From Octopus bimaculoides (Eukaryota): 50,015 nt of DNA. The position numbers and the translations under genes were made by a program. The notes below the pieces were generated by a model that made no database searches, was not told where the DNA came from, and saw nothing but the letters and a program-made list of their open reading frames with translations. Location of the stretch: contig NC_068997.1 in the NCBI RefSeq assembly GCF_001194135.2, positions 32,869,614 through 32,919,628 of the forward strand. Reading direction: 5' to 3'. Shown piece after piece: positions 35,431 through 48,040 of this stretch (positions are counted from its first letter, which is position 1; each line of letters starts with the position of its first letter).

Positions 35431-35565
35431 AACGACGGGTTTCTTTCATCCCACAGGGCTTTGATTGGCCCGAGGCTATAGCAGAAGACACTTCCCAAGG
35501 TATCACGCCGTGGGACTGAACCCGGAACCATGTAGTTGGAAAGTAAACTTTTTCCCATACAGCCA
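35138..35565 (-). mobile_element. SINE family A, near full length
   Basis: Head ..gtgggactgaacccggaaccatg; internal (TA)n(GA)n; complete 3' module; small deletion in the CORE-like segment. Confidence 0.9.
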
Positions 35566-35987
35566 GGTGGTGTAAGAACAGAAAATTCTTCCAATAATCT
35601 ATTGAATCCAAAATAAGAAATAAGAAATAAATAAATAAGCAATACGATATGGATGCCATTCAGATCTTTAAAGAGGTTTCTGCGTGGCCACTCGATCTAC
35701 TAAAGAAAGAGGCTAAAAAGGAAAATTACACATTGGATAGAATATTATGGCTGGTGTGTCTTTGATAATGACTGTTTGATCAGGGGACTAAATTCCAACT
35801 CTAGCAGCATCTATTCCCTGTCTTTATTTATTAAAATATTGTTTTTCTGTCTCAGTAACAGGTGGGAAGTCAGCGCTCAAAGCATACGAAATGGTGAGAA
35901 GATGATGTTATCCGCCAACTGGAGATATCTAAGGAACCCGGGAGCCAGGGGGCGGTATTAAAACAAATGACTTTTTAAGTCTACCAC

Positions 35988-36057
<70 letters not shown>

Positions 36058-36061
36058 CAAC
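35988..36061. repeat. (AAT)n(AAC)n microsatellite
   Basis: Read directly. Confidence 0.97.
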
Positions 36062-36179
36062 AAAATACAAAGACCTGGAAATAGAGGTAACTCGAATGTG
36101 GAAACTAAAAACAGAAACAATTCCTATTATAGTAGGTGCTTTAGGTATAATAAAAAAATATTCAGACAAATACATAACA
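36062..36179 (+). mobile_element. Very short 5'-truncated R4/Dong-like copy
   Basis: Open frame KYKDLEIEVTRMWKLKTETIPIIVGALGIIKKYSDKYIT; nucleotide-similar to the reverse complement of ~30090-30210. Confidence 0.88.
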
Positions 36180-36310
36180 NNNNNNNNNNNNNNNNNNNNN
36201 NNNNNNNNNNNNNNNNNNNNNNNNNNNNNNNNNNNNNNNNNNNNNNNNNNNNNNNNNNNNNNNNNNNNNNNNNNNNNNNNNNNNNNNNNNNNNNNNNNNN
36301 NNNNNNNNNN

Positions 36311-36481
<171 letters not shown>

Positions 36482-38089
36482 CTTCAAGCAAACTTCTACA
36501 CAGTCTACATTCATCAAATTCTCTATTTACAAGGTGCACCCGACGTTATTGTACAAAGTACCTTTTCAAGGTGTAGCGTGGGATCGAATCCAGAAACATA
36601 ATTGAAAATATATCAAATAAGTCCCAAGGAAATGCTGGACCAAAAACTCTACTGGGTTGTTAAACACACATTCCACAGTCTACAAAGCGTCGTATGAGAT
36701 ATGGGAAAAGTAAAACTGAAAATTAACGCAAAAATTAATCTTCAATATATTAATGGATGTGCAGATATTTACGATAAACAATAAAATAATCCCGGAAGCA
36801 TAAATAGAACAATTCATACACCGAAAACAAAGGTGACCATGTGACCAAAAGTGACCAAAAGTGACCAAAAGACAACTGACCATGGCCAAAATAGAGATAA
36901 TCTTGTACAAACTAATGAAGCTAGTGGGCAATTAGTCCACAAAATACAAACACATAAGCCGTACAACAACAAGATAACAATAGAAATGACCACATATATA
37001 ACAAATGAACATTAATTTTATCTTACATAGAAAGAACAAGGTATAACAGGAAAGCAAAAATATACACAGAGAAAATAAAAACGTTAAACGATGGTGGCTA
37101 CCACACAAGTCCTTGTGGAAAAACCTACCAAATATCCAAACACAATATACAATATTCCCACTCTTAACAACAAACAAAATAAAAGCACCCAGCATAATAA
37201 TCTAATCACAGCCAGGAATAAGGAAAATTTATCTGGATAAAAAAATGGAAATGAAATATTAGTAACTACATTATACAAGAATCGACGAAAACGCCCCACC
37301 AAGCTACGATTTAACAGACACGTCCATGAAATGATAGATTAATGCAAGATGCCGCAAGAAATTCTTTTAGCCAGAGTAGTATCGAGGGAAATCAGGATCA
37401 ATTTTAATAGAATAAGAACCTTTTGAACAAGGAAACAGTGGAAAAAAATATAATAGAATTGGAAAGAAAGACTGAAAAAATCCCTTCGTGAAATTGAAAA
37501 TGTACAGGATCTAATGATAGAATGGACAGTAGTAAACCAGATATTTTTCAAGTGTAAAAAGACATCCTGGAAGTAAAGGAAAAACTGAAATCATCTTAGC
37601 CAAGTTATAGCGGATATACACGCTGTGAAAAGTGTGAGCACTTCTTTGATGAGAGTATGTTATTTGAAACAAATAGCAAAGCATTCCAGAGGGACATCCA
37701 ATACCCCAGGGTCTTAACAAGTAAAAACACAAGCAATAATGTAATCCTGGATACAATGCATCTGGAAAAATGGAATAGTCACGGTTGGAACGCCTTTAAT
37801 GATAGATATTTCGGCTAAATAACAAAAACAGAGACATCCAAAAAAAGTAAAATAAATAAACTAATACAGTATTAAATTACACACCAACCTTAGTTGAGCC
37901 AAAATATCTTCGAAGAAAATATGGAACAGAAACATTCAGCCCAATCGATGCATACAATAGATTAAACAAAAAAGGGAAGAGAGAATGTTATATCACACAC
38001 ATAGCCCCGCACAACTTGCAGGGAATTCACTAATGCAATAATAAAGAATGTTGCTAACTACAGAAAATCTCTCGGGATTTATAGTCTCC

Positions 38090-38490
38090 AATATATGGCT
38101 AAAATATCTAACCAGTATTGATGAATCTCTGACAAGAGCATTCAGTAAACTCTACTAAACAAATTAGAATCAATACCCGACTGGCTGTTAGAAGGGGAAA
38201 CACTATTGATTCTCAAAAGTAAAGCATCAGATACCCCGAACAACAAATCAAAAGCATGTTTGCTATCAGCTACACCTACACTCTACAACAGGTATGCTGT
38301 TCAAATGGAAATTAATGGCAGAGAACAGAAAGGGAAAAGGTGTATTGTTGCAAAGAACAGTTATTAGTGAATTGAGCAAATACCGAAGAGAGTGAGAAAA
38401 GACAGATAAACTCAAGCATAGAATCGATTGATTCTAGAAAAAGTATTTGATAGAACACCACACTCTTGAATACTGGAAACACAAGAACGT
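38090..38490 (+). mobile_element. Highly decayed R4-clade reverse transcriptase remnant
   Basis: KYLTSIDESL, PDWLLEGETLLILK, EQKG, CKEQLLVN and IDSRKVFDRTPHS*ILE resemble R4 RT motifs PDWLT.G.T.LIPK, EQKG, GCK.QLLIN and IDY.KAFDS.PHSWILE. Confidence 0.65.
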
Positions 38491-40800
38491 AGGTTCCACT
38501 CTAAGGCAGTATAACAACAGTACTATGTCCAAATAGAAAACGGCAATATTACTGCAAGACAGAACATAATAAAAATCTGCCTTTTCACCACAACAAAAAT
38601 GAGTTTTTTCAGAAAATTAAAACGGAATCATCCCTTACGATTAGACAATATTGATACAATTCAGCATTCACAAATAAAAGAGGATGTTACAAAATAACAT
38701 TAGAGAAAAGTGAAGTAAATGCTTCAAACTCAGTACAAGAAGTAAAATAATAGGTATAGATACTCGAGCCAGCTCAAGCATAAACTACTTGATTCAATAT
38801 GATAATTTGGATATGAAGTGAACAGAGCCTAACGAGGAAAATCAGCAAACTAATGATTACATTACTTCAATCTTCAAGTCGATATAGAACGATATAGAAA
38901 AATGAGAGATAGAGGGAGGCAAGTCTGATGATTCCTATGAAGGTTAGGTAGAGTAAAAAATAACTATAGAGCAAGGTGTCTGAAAACATTGTCAATTTTG
39001 GAACAACTGCTAGAAACAGTTGGTAAAATTGGTGAACAGACGACTATCGAAGAATAAGAAAACTTCATATTTTGGAAGGTTATAAAAGACTTCCGGGATT
39101 TTCCCGTTAATGATTTAATCAGAGCAATAAGTAAACGGCATCCATGGATCTTTTCAATGTTGATGAGGGGAAGGAAGAATTTACTCTAAGACTAGAATCG
39201 TGACTCGAAGGCTTGGAACAGCGTCAATTACTTTAAAGATAGGCAAGGAACATGTGGTGATGTTAAACTAGGTGAAGGAATAAAGCTACTATACAAGTAT
39301 AGGAACGATTCATCGATAAATTTCATCACAGTTTATGCCTAACAAATTTTTCTCGAAGACTTTAGTTAACCTCGGATTATAGTGGAAGACATTACGCAAG
39401 TTCCCGTGCTCAGGGTTTGAAACCGATACAACAAAATTGTAAAACGTGCATCTTTATCTGATCTCTATGTGTTAAAATGGTATGACATTGTGTTAAAATG
39501 GTATGACAAAACATTGGGCACCATTGCAGTAGCATGATCAAAAACAAGACGGTTGAAAGGAAATAAATACATGTTACAAAATTAGATGAGATAGGTATGG
39601 TGGGAGGGAACATCGTTATCTTCAAACGGTCCCAGGATTCTGAATATTACATTGACTACCAACCATTACCAGAAAATCAAAATTAACTTAAGAAAAAACA
39701 TTCCTAAAATCATGTATAGAGGATTAGAAGTTTAATCAAGATGGCTCACTCATGCATTGAGGCTGATATACACGTGAATGTCAAAGCGAATGGGAAAATT
39801 CAAATAAAATGTAATACGGATTATTACTTTTTCATGACTCTAACTTGAAATTGGAGATTTATTTATTTATTAGATTACATAATAAATAAATTCATTCGAT
39901 ATAACGTATCGAATACTTAACTTTAAGAAACCACTTTATTATATATATATATTATTAAAGCCCTAAAAACTCTTCACAAACTGTTACTCAGAGTTTCATC
40001 TTACCGTTCTTCGAACATTTGTGATCACAACTGTCCGACGAACAGTAACGTGGAACTTTGAGTAAGTTTGTGAAGATTTTTCGCCTTTAATAAGAAGCAT
40101 ATTATTCTACCTTATTCGATTACTAATTTCTGCACCTTGTTTTGCATTTATGTGCTTATTTGTGTGTGTGCGTGTATATATATATACGTATGTGTGTGTA
40201 CGCGCGTGCGTGTAAACAAATATATTTTTTTATAGATTCAGCTCAGAGCTGCGGCCATGCTGATGCACCACCGTTTATAATATATATATTATATTATATA
40301 TTTGTGTATATGTCTCTTATTTCTGGCACATACACACACACACATGCAAAAAGAGAGCGAGAAAGAGAGAAAGAGAGAGAAGTAATGGAGAGAATGCAGG
40401 TTAGGAGACAAGCAGCCAGGTTCACAAAAAGAAAATCGTAAGACGACGCTATGATATATATAAATCATATGTAACAAACATAACGTTCACCAAGTTTGTC
40501 TCTTTTCTTTTCGTATTTTTTCTTTTCTTTTCGTATTTTTTTCTTTTCTTTCATCAGATAAGCCGCAGCACAATGAGATACATTGTCGCATTTTTATACT
40601 TAATTCTACCTCTAGTTTTACTAGCTGTGATTAAATCTCTCAGCTCTAGACTGCAGTACCTGCCTGAAGCCGCACGCATGTTTTGATAACACGCCCACCA
40701 CCAACAATCTATATTTGGCTTCATCCGCTAAACTGGTTTAACTTACATTAGAGAATACTAATGAGATTATGTCTTGAATTCCTCCAACGTAAACACACGC

Positions 40801-40843
<43 letters not shown>

Positions 40844-41036
40844 NNNNNNNNNNNNNNNNNNNNNNNNNNNNNNNNNNNNNNNNNNNNNNNNNNNNNNNNN
40901 NNNNNNNNNNNNNNNNNNNNNNNNNNNNNNNNNNNNNNNNNNNNNNNNNNNNNNNNNNNNNNNNNNNNNNNNNNNNNNNNNNNNNNNNNNNNNNNNNNNN
41001 NNNNNNNNNNNNNNNNNNNNNNNNNNNNNNNNNNNN

Positions 41037-41088
<52 letters not shown>

Positions 41089-41213
41089 AACATGCACGTA
41101 TACATATATACATATATATGCATATCAACATACACACACGTACAAGCACACATACACACATACGCGCACACACATACACACATACACGTATACATACGCA
41201 TATAGATATGCGT

Positions 41214-41415
41214 GGAGGCGCGTGACTTTGTGGTTTAGGTGCTGCACTCATGATCATAAGATTGTGGTTTCAATTCTTAACCCGGGCGATGCGTTGTCTT
41301 CTTGAGTAAAACACTTCATTCTACGTTCCTTCAATCCACTCAACTCACAGAAATGAGTAATCCGTCCAGTAGAGGCTTATACATGTTACAGAATCTGGGA
41401 AACCAGCCTCATGAG
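41214..41415 (+). mobile_element. tRNA-derived SINE family C
   Basis: ggaggcgcgtgactttgtggtttaggtgctgcactcatg..gtggtttcaattc..gcgttgtcttcttgagtaaaacacttcat; colinear with the reverse complement of 8165-8327. Confidence 0.75.
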
Positions 41416-41611
41416 CTTAGAGCTTGTGAAGAACTTTTTACACACGCACGCGCGCACACTATTCTTAAACAAGCATATTATTGATAGTGACTGAAAGGGA
41501 GAGAGAGAGAGAGAGAGAGATAGTAAATTCAAATAAACAAACAATAAAATTAACAATAACTGATAACATGAGGACGTGCACAAGGAATGTATCAGTTTGA
41601 CACTCAGTAAA

Positions 41612-41655
41612 AAGAGAGACTGACGTTTCGAGCATAGCTCTTCGTCGGAAAGGAG
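41612..41655 (-). ncRNA. Minimal hammerhead-like motif (degenerate core)
   Basis: Minus strand TTT-CCGACGA-A-GAGC-TAT-GCTC-GAAA-CG-TC-AGTC: stem II is perfect, the core has C in place of the conserved U4, and stem I is weak. Confidence 0.45.
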
Positions 41656-41891
41656 AAAGGGAACAATTCAAAGAAGGAAAAGAAATCGCCAACAGCATGT
41701 GTGTAGCTACACTGCTTGATATATATATATATTGTATCGCCTGGTAACCACGCTCCTAACTTTTCTCCTTTCATCGTGTCTCTTTGTATTTATATTTTAT
41801 ATTCAGGTTTCTTATTTATATTTCATATTCATATATTTTATATTTAATATAATTTTCATATTTTTTCATATATGTTTTCCTTTTTTGCATA

Positions 41892-42326
41892 TTCTTTTAT
41901 TCTTGTATTCATTTCTATCATTATGACTGCGGCCACGCTGGAGCACCCCTTTAGTCGAACAAATCGACCCCAGGAATTATTCTTTGTAAGCCTAGTACTT
42001 ATTCTATCGGTCTTTAGCCGAACCGCTAAGTTATGGGAACGTAAACACACCAACATCGGTTGTCAAGCGAGGGTGGGTGAACAAACACAGGCACACAAAC
42101 ATATATACATATATATATACATATATATGCACATACATACATACACATATATATAAATATGTATACGACAGGCTTCATTCAGTTTCCGTCCAACAAATCC
42201 ATTCACAAGGCTTTGGTCGGACTGGGGCTATAGTAGAAGATACTTGCACAAGGTGCCACGCAGTGGGACTGAACCCGGAACCATGTGATTGGTAAGCAAG
42301 CTAATTACCACAGCCACTCCTGCGCC
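41892..42326 (-). mobile_element. SINE family A, full length
   Basis: Head GGCGCAGGAGTGGCTGTGG..GGTTCAGTCCC (reverse complement, ending at 42326); internal TA/CATA repeat; complete 3' module. Confidence 0.92.
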
Positions 42327-42830
42327 TCTATAGTCATTTGCATGTTTTCATATATTTTATATCTTTTTGCATATGTTATATTCTTACATACCCCTTTAAT
42401 GTTTCTATCATTTCTTATATTCTTATATTCCTTAACTCATTTATTTTCATTTCTTTTTATTATAGTTTATATTTATATCGCACGTTTATATTCTTATATT
42501 ATATCTATCCACATCACATACGTCATTCGCTTGGTTCTACATTTAAGGTTTTCGCTTTTTATTTACCTCCCTTTATATTCGCAGTTCACTTTCTTAGTAT
42601 CTCCCATACGATCCGTTTGATTTTTCGGGTCTTTTCGTACCGTTTTATATTCAGTACATTATTTAAACTGCTTGGTTCGGTTGAATAGTCCACTCCCGAA
42701 GAAGAGTGAAACTATTGGTAGCGTGGTTTATGCACGTGAGGTAATCATATAAAATAATATTTTCACTCTCGCCAGATGGAGTACTCTTTTTGTTGAATCT
42801 TATTACACTGATCAATTCATTATATATATA

Positions 42831-44201
42831 GGCGCAGGAATGGCTGTGTAGTAAGTAGCTTGCATGCCAACCACATGGTTCCGGGTTCAGTCCCACTGCG
42901 TGGCGTCTTTGGCGGGTGTCTTCTACTATAGCCTCGGGCCGACCAAAGCCTTGTGAGTGGATTTAGGAGACGGAAACTGAAAGAAGCCTCTCTCTCTCTC
43001 TCTCTCTCTCNNNNNNNNNNNNNNNNNNNNNNNNNNNNNNNNNNNNNNNNNNNNNNNNNNNNNNNNNNNNNNNNNNNNNNNNNNNNNNNNNNNNNNNNNN
43101 NNNNNNNNNNNNNNNNNNNNNNNNNNNNNNNNNNNNNNNNNNNNNNNNNNNNNNNNNNNNNNNNNNNNNNNNNNNNNNNNNNNNNNNNNNNNNNNNNNNN
43201 NNNNNNNNNNNNNNNNNNNNNNNNNNNNNNNNNNNNNNNNNNNNNNNNNNNNNNNNNNNNNNNNNNNNNNNNNNNNNNNNNNNNNNNNNNNNNNNNNNNN
43301 NNNNNNNNNNNNNNNNNNNNNNNNNNNNNNNNNNNNNNNNNNNNNNNNNNNNNNNNNNNNNNNNNNNNNNNNNNNNNNNNNNNNNNNNNNNNNNNNNNNN
43401 NNNNNNNNNNNNNNNNNNNNNNNNNNNNNNNNNNNNNNNNNNNNNNNNNNNNNNNNNNNNNNNNNNNNNNNNNNNNNNNNNNNNNNNNNNNNNNNNNNNN
43501 NNNNNNNNNNNNNNNNNNNNNNNNNNNNNNNNNNNNNNNNNNNNNNNNNNNNNNNNNNNNNNNNNNNNNNNNNNNNNNNNNNNNNNNNNNNNNNNNNNNN
43601 NNNNNNNNNNNNNNNNNNNNNNNNNNNNNNNNNNNNNNNNNNNNNNNNNNNNNNNNNNNNNNNNNNNNNNNNNNNNNNNNNNNNNNNNNNNNNNNNNNNN
43701 NNNNNNNNNNNNNNNNNNNNNNNNNNNNNNNNNNNNNNNNNNNNNNNNNNNNNNNNNNNNNNNNNNNNNNNNNNNNNNNNNNNNNNNNNNNNNNNNNNNN
43801 NNNNNNNNNNNNNNNNNNNNNNNNNNNNNNNNNNNNNNNNNNNNNNNNNNNNNNNNNNNNNNNNNNNNNNNNNNNNNNNNNNNNNNNNNNNNNNNNNNNN
43901 NNNNNNNNNNNNNNNNNNNNNNNNNNNNNNNNNNNNNNNNNNNNNNNNNNNNNNNNATATATATATATATATATATATGCATGTATGTATGTATGCATGT
44001 TTGTGTGTCTGCGTTTGTCCCCCACCAGCGCTTGACAACCGATGTTGGTTTGTTTACGTCCCCCGTAACTTAGCGATTGGGCCAAACAGTCCGATAGAAT
44101 AAGTACCAGGCTTACGAAGAACATGTCCTGGGGTCGATTTGTTCGACTAAAGACGTCGCTCCAGCATGGCCGCAGTCAAATGACTGAAATAAATGAAAGA
44201 A
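42831..44201 (+). mobile_element. SINE family A, full length, with an expanded internal microsatellite containing a 946-N gap
   Basis: Head 42831-42988; (CT)n, N, (TA)n/(TATG)n; 3' module 43990-44201; (TA)n on both flanks. Confidence 0.9.
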
Positions 44202-44216
44202 TATATATATATATGA

Positions 44217-44257
<41 letters not shown>

Positions 44258-44464
44258 CTTCAACCATGCTGGAGCACCACCTTATAGTCAAATGACCGAA
44301 ACAAATAAAAGAAAAAAGAACATATATATATGTATGTATTAAATTAGAAATTGAAAGCATCGCTAGTAATGCAGGCATTACCATGTGCTCTGTTTATTCG
44401 CAGAATTCGCTGCGGGATAGCGTTTGGGGAGATTCCCTAATAACGATGGTTGTTAAAACACCTG

Positions 44465-44605
44465 AAAGTCATAGACCAGGTGAAACAATTCGAGTGAGAT
44501 CGACTCAAGAGTTGCGGATACTGATATTTCGCCATTATTGTGGCTTATCAACACCATGCACTTGGTTCAAACGGAAGACGAACTGAATCGCTGGTCTATG
44601 ACTTT
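44465..44605. mobile_element. Candidate 141-bp MITE with perfect 15-bp inverted ends
   Basis: AAAGTCATAGACCAG (44465-44479) / CTGGTCTATGACTTT (44591-44605); no clear TSD. Confidence 0.5.
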
Positions 44606-44723
44606 ATACAAATAGTGTGAAAACTATTGGTTGATGTGCTACGGCGATGCACAAGTGGAAGTAAATTAAATTGCGAATAAAATGCAGTGATAGTGATGTA
44701 AACATTATCCATCGTACGCAAAC

Positions 44724-44850
44724 AATGTATGTGTTTTATTTAATCACCGAATTCACCGCAGTGTAGCGTTTTAACACACAGCGTTATTAGGGAATTTCCC
44801 CGAAACGCTATTCCGCAGCGAATTTGGCGAATAAACAAAATACATACATT
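44724..44850. repeat. Imperfect palindrome, 48-bp arms (38/48), related to 44391-44460
   Basis: Arms 44724-44771 and 44803-44850; 44391-44460 matches the reverse complement of ~44768-44837. Confidence 0.8.
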
Positions 44851-44917
44851 TTGTACGTACGATAGATTATATATATAATACAAATAATATATACATATAT
44901 ATATATAATATATATAA

Positions 44918-44971
<54 letters not shown>

Positions 44972-45108
44972 NNNNNNNNNNNNNNNNNNNNNNNNNNNNN
45001 NNNNNNNNNNNNNNNNNNNNNNNNNNNNNNNNNNNNNNNNNNNNNNNNNNNNNNNNNNNNNNNNNNNNNNNNNNNNNNNNNNNNNNNNNNNNNNNNNNNN
45101 NNNNNNNN

Positions 45109-45167
<59 letters not shown>

Positions 45168-45689
45168 GCAGGCAGACAGATCGACTGAGACAAAGATAGA
45201 CAAACAGACAGACAGACAAACACAGAGAGAAGGGGGAGATAGAGAAGATAATTTGAGAATGACGGAAAAAATAGCAAGAGTAAAAATGTCTCTGAAAATT
45301 TCCAGTTGCTGTAACTTTACACTCAGCAACGCAGATGAGCGATGACCTTGTTTATATTTGATGAAGGTAAAACGATTAACTCCAAAATGGCCACAACACG
45401 AAAGCTCTCATCAACTGACAACTATGCGATGATATTGTATTCAATAATTTTGCTTTTAGTCGTGCCAGCTGTTCAATTGTAATTGTATGAGAAACATGAC
45501 AATTGTATCTGTTGAAATTTGCAAAGAATTCCTTCACCGAATTCTCTCTTCTGTCTTTAAAATCCGCGGAAGTTGGTTGGACAATGAGAATAGAGTAGCG
45601 TGCAGCAATTCACCGACATATTTAGCAAATATTAAAGACTAGCCAGTAGAATATTTATTTCTTCCTTACAATTCACAAAACCCGGAAGG

Positions 45690-45885
45690 AGAAGGGTTCT
45701 ACGTGGTTGTTCGAACTGCTAGAAGTATCAGCTAAAATCTCCTTCAAATTACACTCCAGAAAAGGACACCTTGAATAGGTTCCTGAGTTTCCTGTACATA
45801 ATAAAAGACAGGACGGTCATATCTGGCATGGCTCTGATTAGAGGTTTGTTTGATCAGGACTCACTTGAGTCTAAATGACAATAAC
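45690..45885 (+). mobile_element. Interspersed repeat family D (unclassified)
   Basis: Similar to 28590-28772. Confidence 0.55.
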
Positions 45886-46784
45886 TGACGTTTCATCTGG
45901 TTAGTAATCCGGTGAAGCACAGCTTCTAGGAACAATTCATTTCGGTTTTGACTTCAATACAAATTTCTTGACAAGCCATTTATCTTGATGATTTCAATAC
46001 ATTAAGCTTAGATGTTGCTTGGTTTTTACTTGTACACAACTCTCTACAAATGTTTATTTATTGTGGTTACTCAAAACAATTTGCTTTTAGACCAAAGTTT
46101 CACAGAAACTTGCATGACAACAGGATTATAATGAACCATAACTACAATCCATATATATTTTGGTTTAGTAAAAAAACTGTTTTTATTGATTCTTTTTAAA
46201 TGTCTCACCATGTACGAATAAATATTTTTCCATCCAGTGCTAGCAAGAGTTTTTCTTGTCCGAGCATTAACTAGTCACTATACTTTGACATTCAGAAGTT
46301 GCTAGAAAATATTTTACAGTTATATGTGCATATAATTACATATTCAAAATATAACTATATTTACATTGTTTTCATCAGTAACATGGTCAAAGATTCTCAC
46401 AATGCTGGTGTTTGGATTTTTTATCTAAAAACAGAATAGACACGTACACACAAACAGATATATACAAACATACACAAACGCACACAAACAGATATATACA
46501 AACATACACAAACGCACACAAATACATGTGTGCACAAATACAGGCACGCACACACACTCTCTCTCTCTCACACACACACACACATATATATATCGATGAC
46601 ATATTTACCTATATTCATTACATTCACTCTAACACACACACACACACACACGCCCCCACACACATTCACACATACATATATTCTGTATAATTTTATACAT
46701 ACGTACATACGTACATACATACATACATACATACATACATACAGGCAGGCAGACAGACAGACAGAGAGCCAGGTACACAGACAA

Positions 46785-46833
<49 letters not shown>

Positions 46834-47809
46834 CTCCTTACTGCAGGCACCAATAAACATTTTTTTTTAAAGTTTCTTAATTCTACTCTTTGGGGATTTC
46901 TCGTCTGACAACTCTATAACTAACTACACTTACACATCGTGACTTGTGACGACCAATGTCAAATTAAATATATCAGGAGATTCTACTGAAGATCGTGCTA
47001 CAGAAATTATTTTGAGCAACTACAACGATGAGTCTAATATTGATTTCCCAAATTATGAAACAAGAGATAAAGAGAACAGAGGCCCTATGAATATTAAAGA
47101 GACAGAATATACAGAAACGTAACCAATATTTTTAAGTGGAGCCTAATATTACTACGATTATTTTACCTCATATCTTTACATTTGTTGAAAGCAGTTACAA
47201 TCTATCAACAGATGAAAAGACTATTTGATTATTTTTTCAAATTAATTCCGATAAGAATTTTTAATGGTGACTGAAAATCGGCATACGGGACTGTGAATCT
47301 AGATAAAAAATTATAATACATTTATTATCTCTTTCTATCTGTACACAGTCTGTCTGCTTCGATGAAATACAAACGTTAGTATTAATATCTTCATAGGAAT
47401 GCGACATTTACTAAGAATAATCAATTATTAGAGTACTGTTGAACATATTTATGATGATTATATAACCAGGAAAATGTATAGAGATTGTCTTGTGTCTATG
47501 ACGTGTCTAAAGGACGCTTTAACCAAAACAACACACACACAAAAAATGACGTAAATTACGACCTTCTATTCAATTATGGTTACTAACTGAGATATACCAC
47601 ATTAATTTAAGACTAGTTGAACAGTTAGGTGAAAATAAAAAATTGTATCCTGCAAAGACTGATGAAATTCTTCCCTAAAAGGCGAGGTAAGCTGCTACCA
47701 AATATAGTATAAAGTGCTGGTACTTTCAGTAGATACATATTTTTTTGTTTTATATTCTAAAAGGAAAAGCCTAATGTCTAGTATTCAACAATTCTGTATG
47801 GAATAGTTA

Positions 47810-48040
47810 TTAACTGTCATGATCCCGTAATGTGAGGCCAGTGAAGTCTTTTAAATCACTGAATTTGTTTCTTGGTTCATGTCTCTGCGCTGTCTCTTCT
47901 GGTTCCGCTGTTTTTTCATTTTGATGACTGTGATCATCATCTGTTCCATGTGTCAACAGTGTATTGAAAGTTGCTAATAAGTGCTCCAACGGTTCGTACG
48001 TTGTCACTGGCTCCACTGGTGCTACATTCATTTGTTTCAT
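47810..48040 (-). CDS. Candidate coding exon or decayed ORF, 76 aa, product unknown
   Basis: Non-repetitive hydrophilic ORF (MKQMNVAPVEP...RDHDS*) preceded by CTACAG on the minus strand (possible splice acceptor). No recognisable motif. Confidence 0.2.
   Translation of the reverse strand: MKQMNVAPVEPVTTYEPLEHLLATFNTLLTHGTDDDHSHQNEKTAEPEETAQRHEPRNKFSDLKDFTGLTLRDHDS

Noticed and set aside
36835-36875. Short direct repeats: (GTGACCAAAA)3; also a 21-bp duplication at ~39468-39508 and ~20-bp at 40500-40550
   Set aside because: Simple slippage duplications with no spacers; not CRISPR-like, and the DNA is eukaryotic.
42831-42900. tRNA-like A/B-box sequences (also 8270-8327, 41214-41280, 48486-48575)
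   Set aside because: They continue into SINE bodies and lack a full cloverleaf; SINE heads, not tRNA genes.
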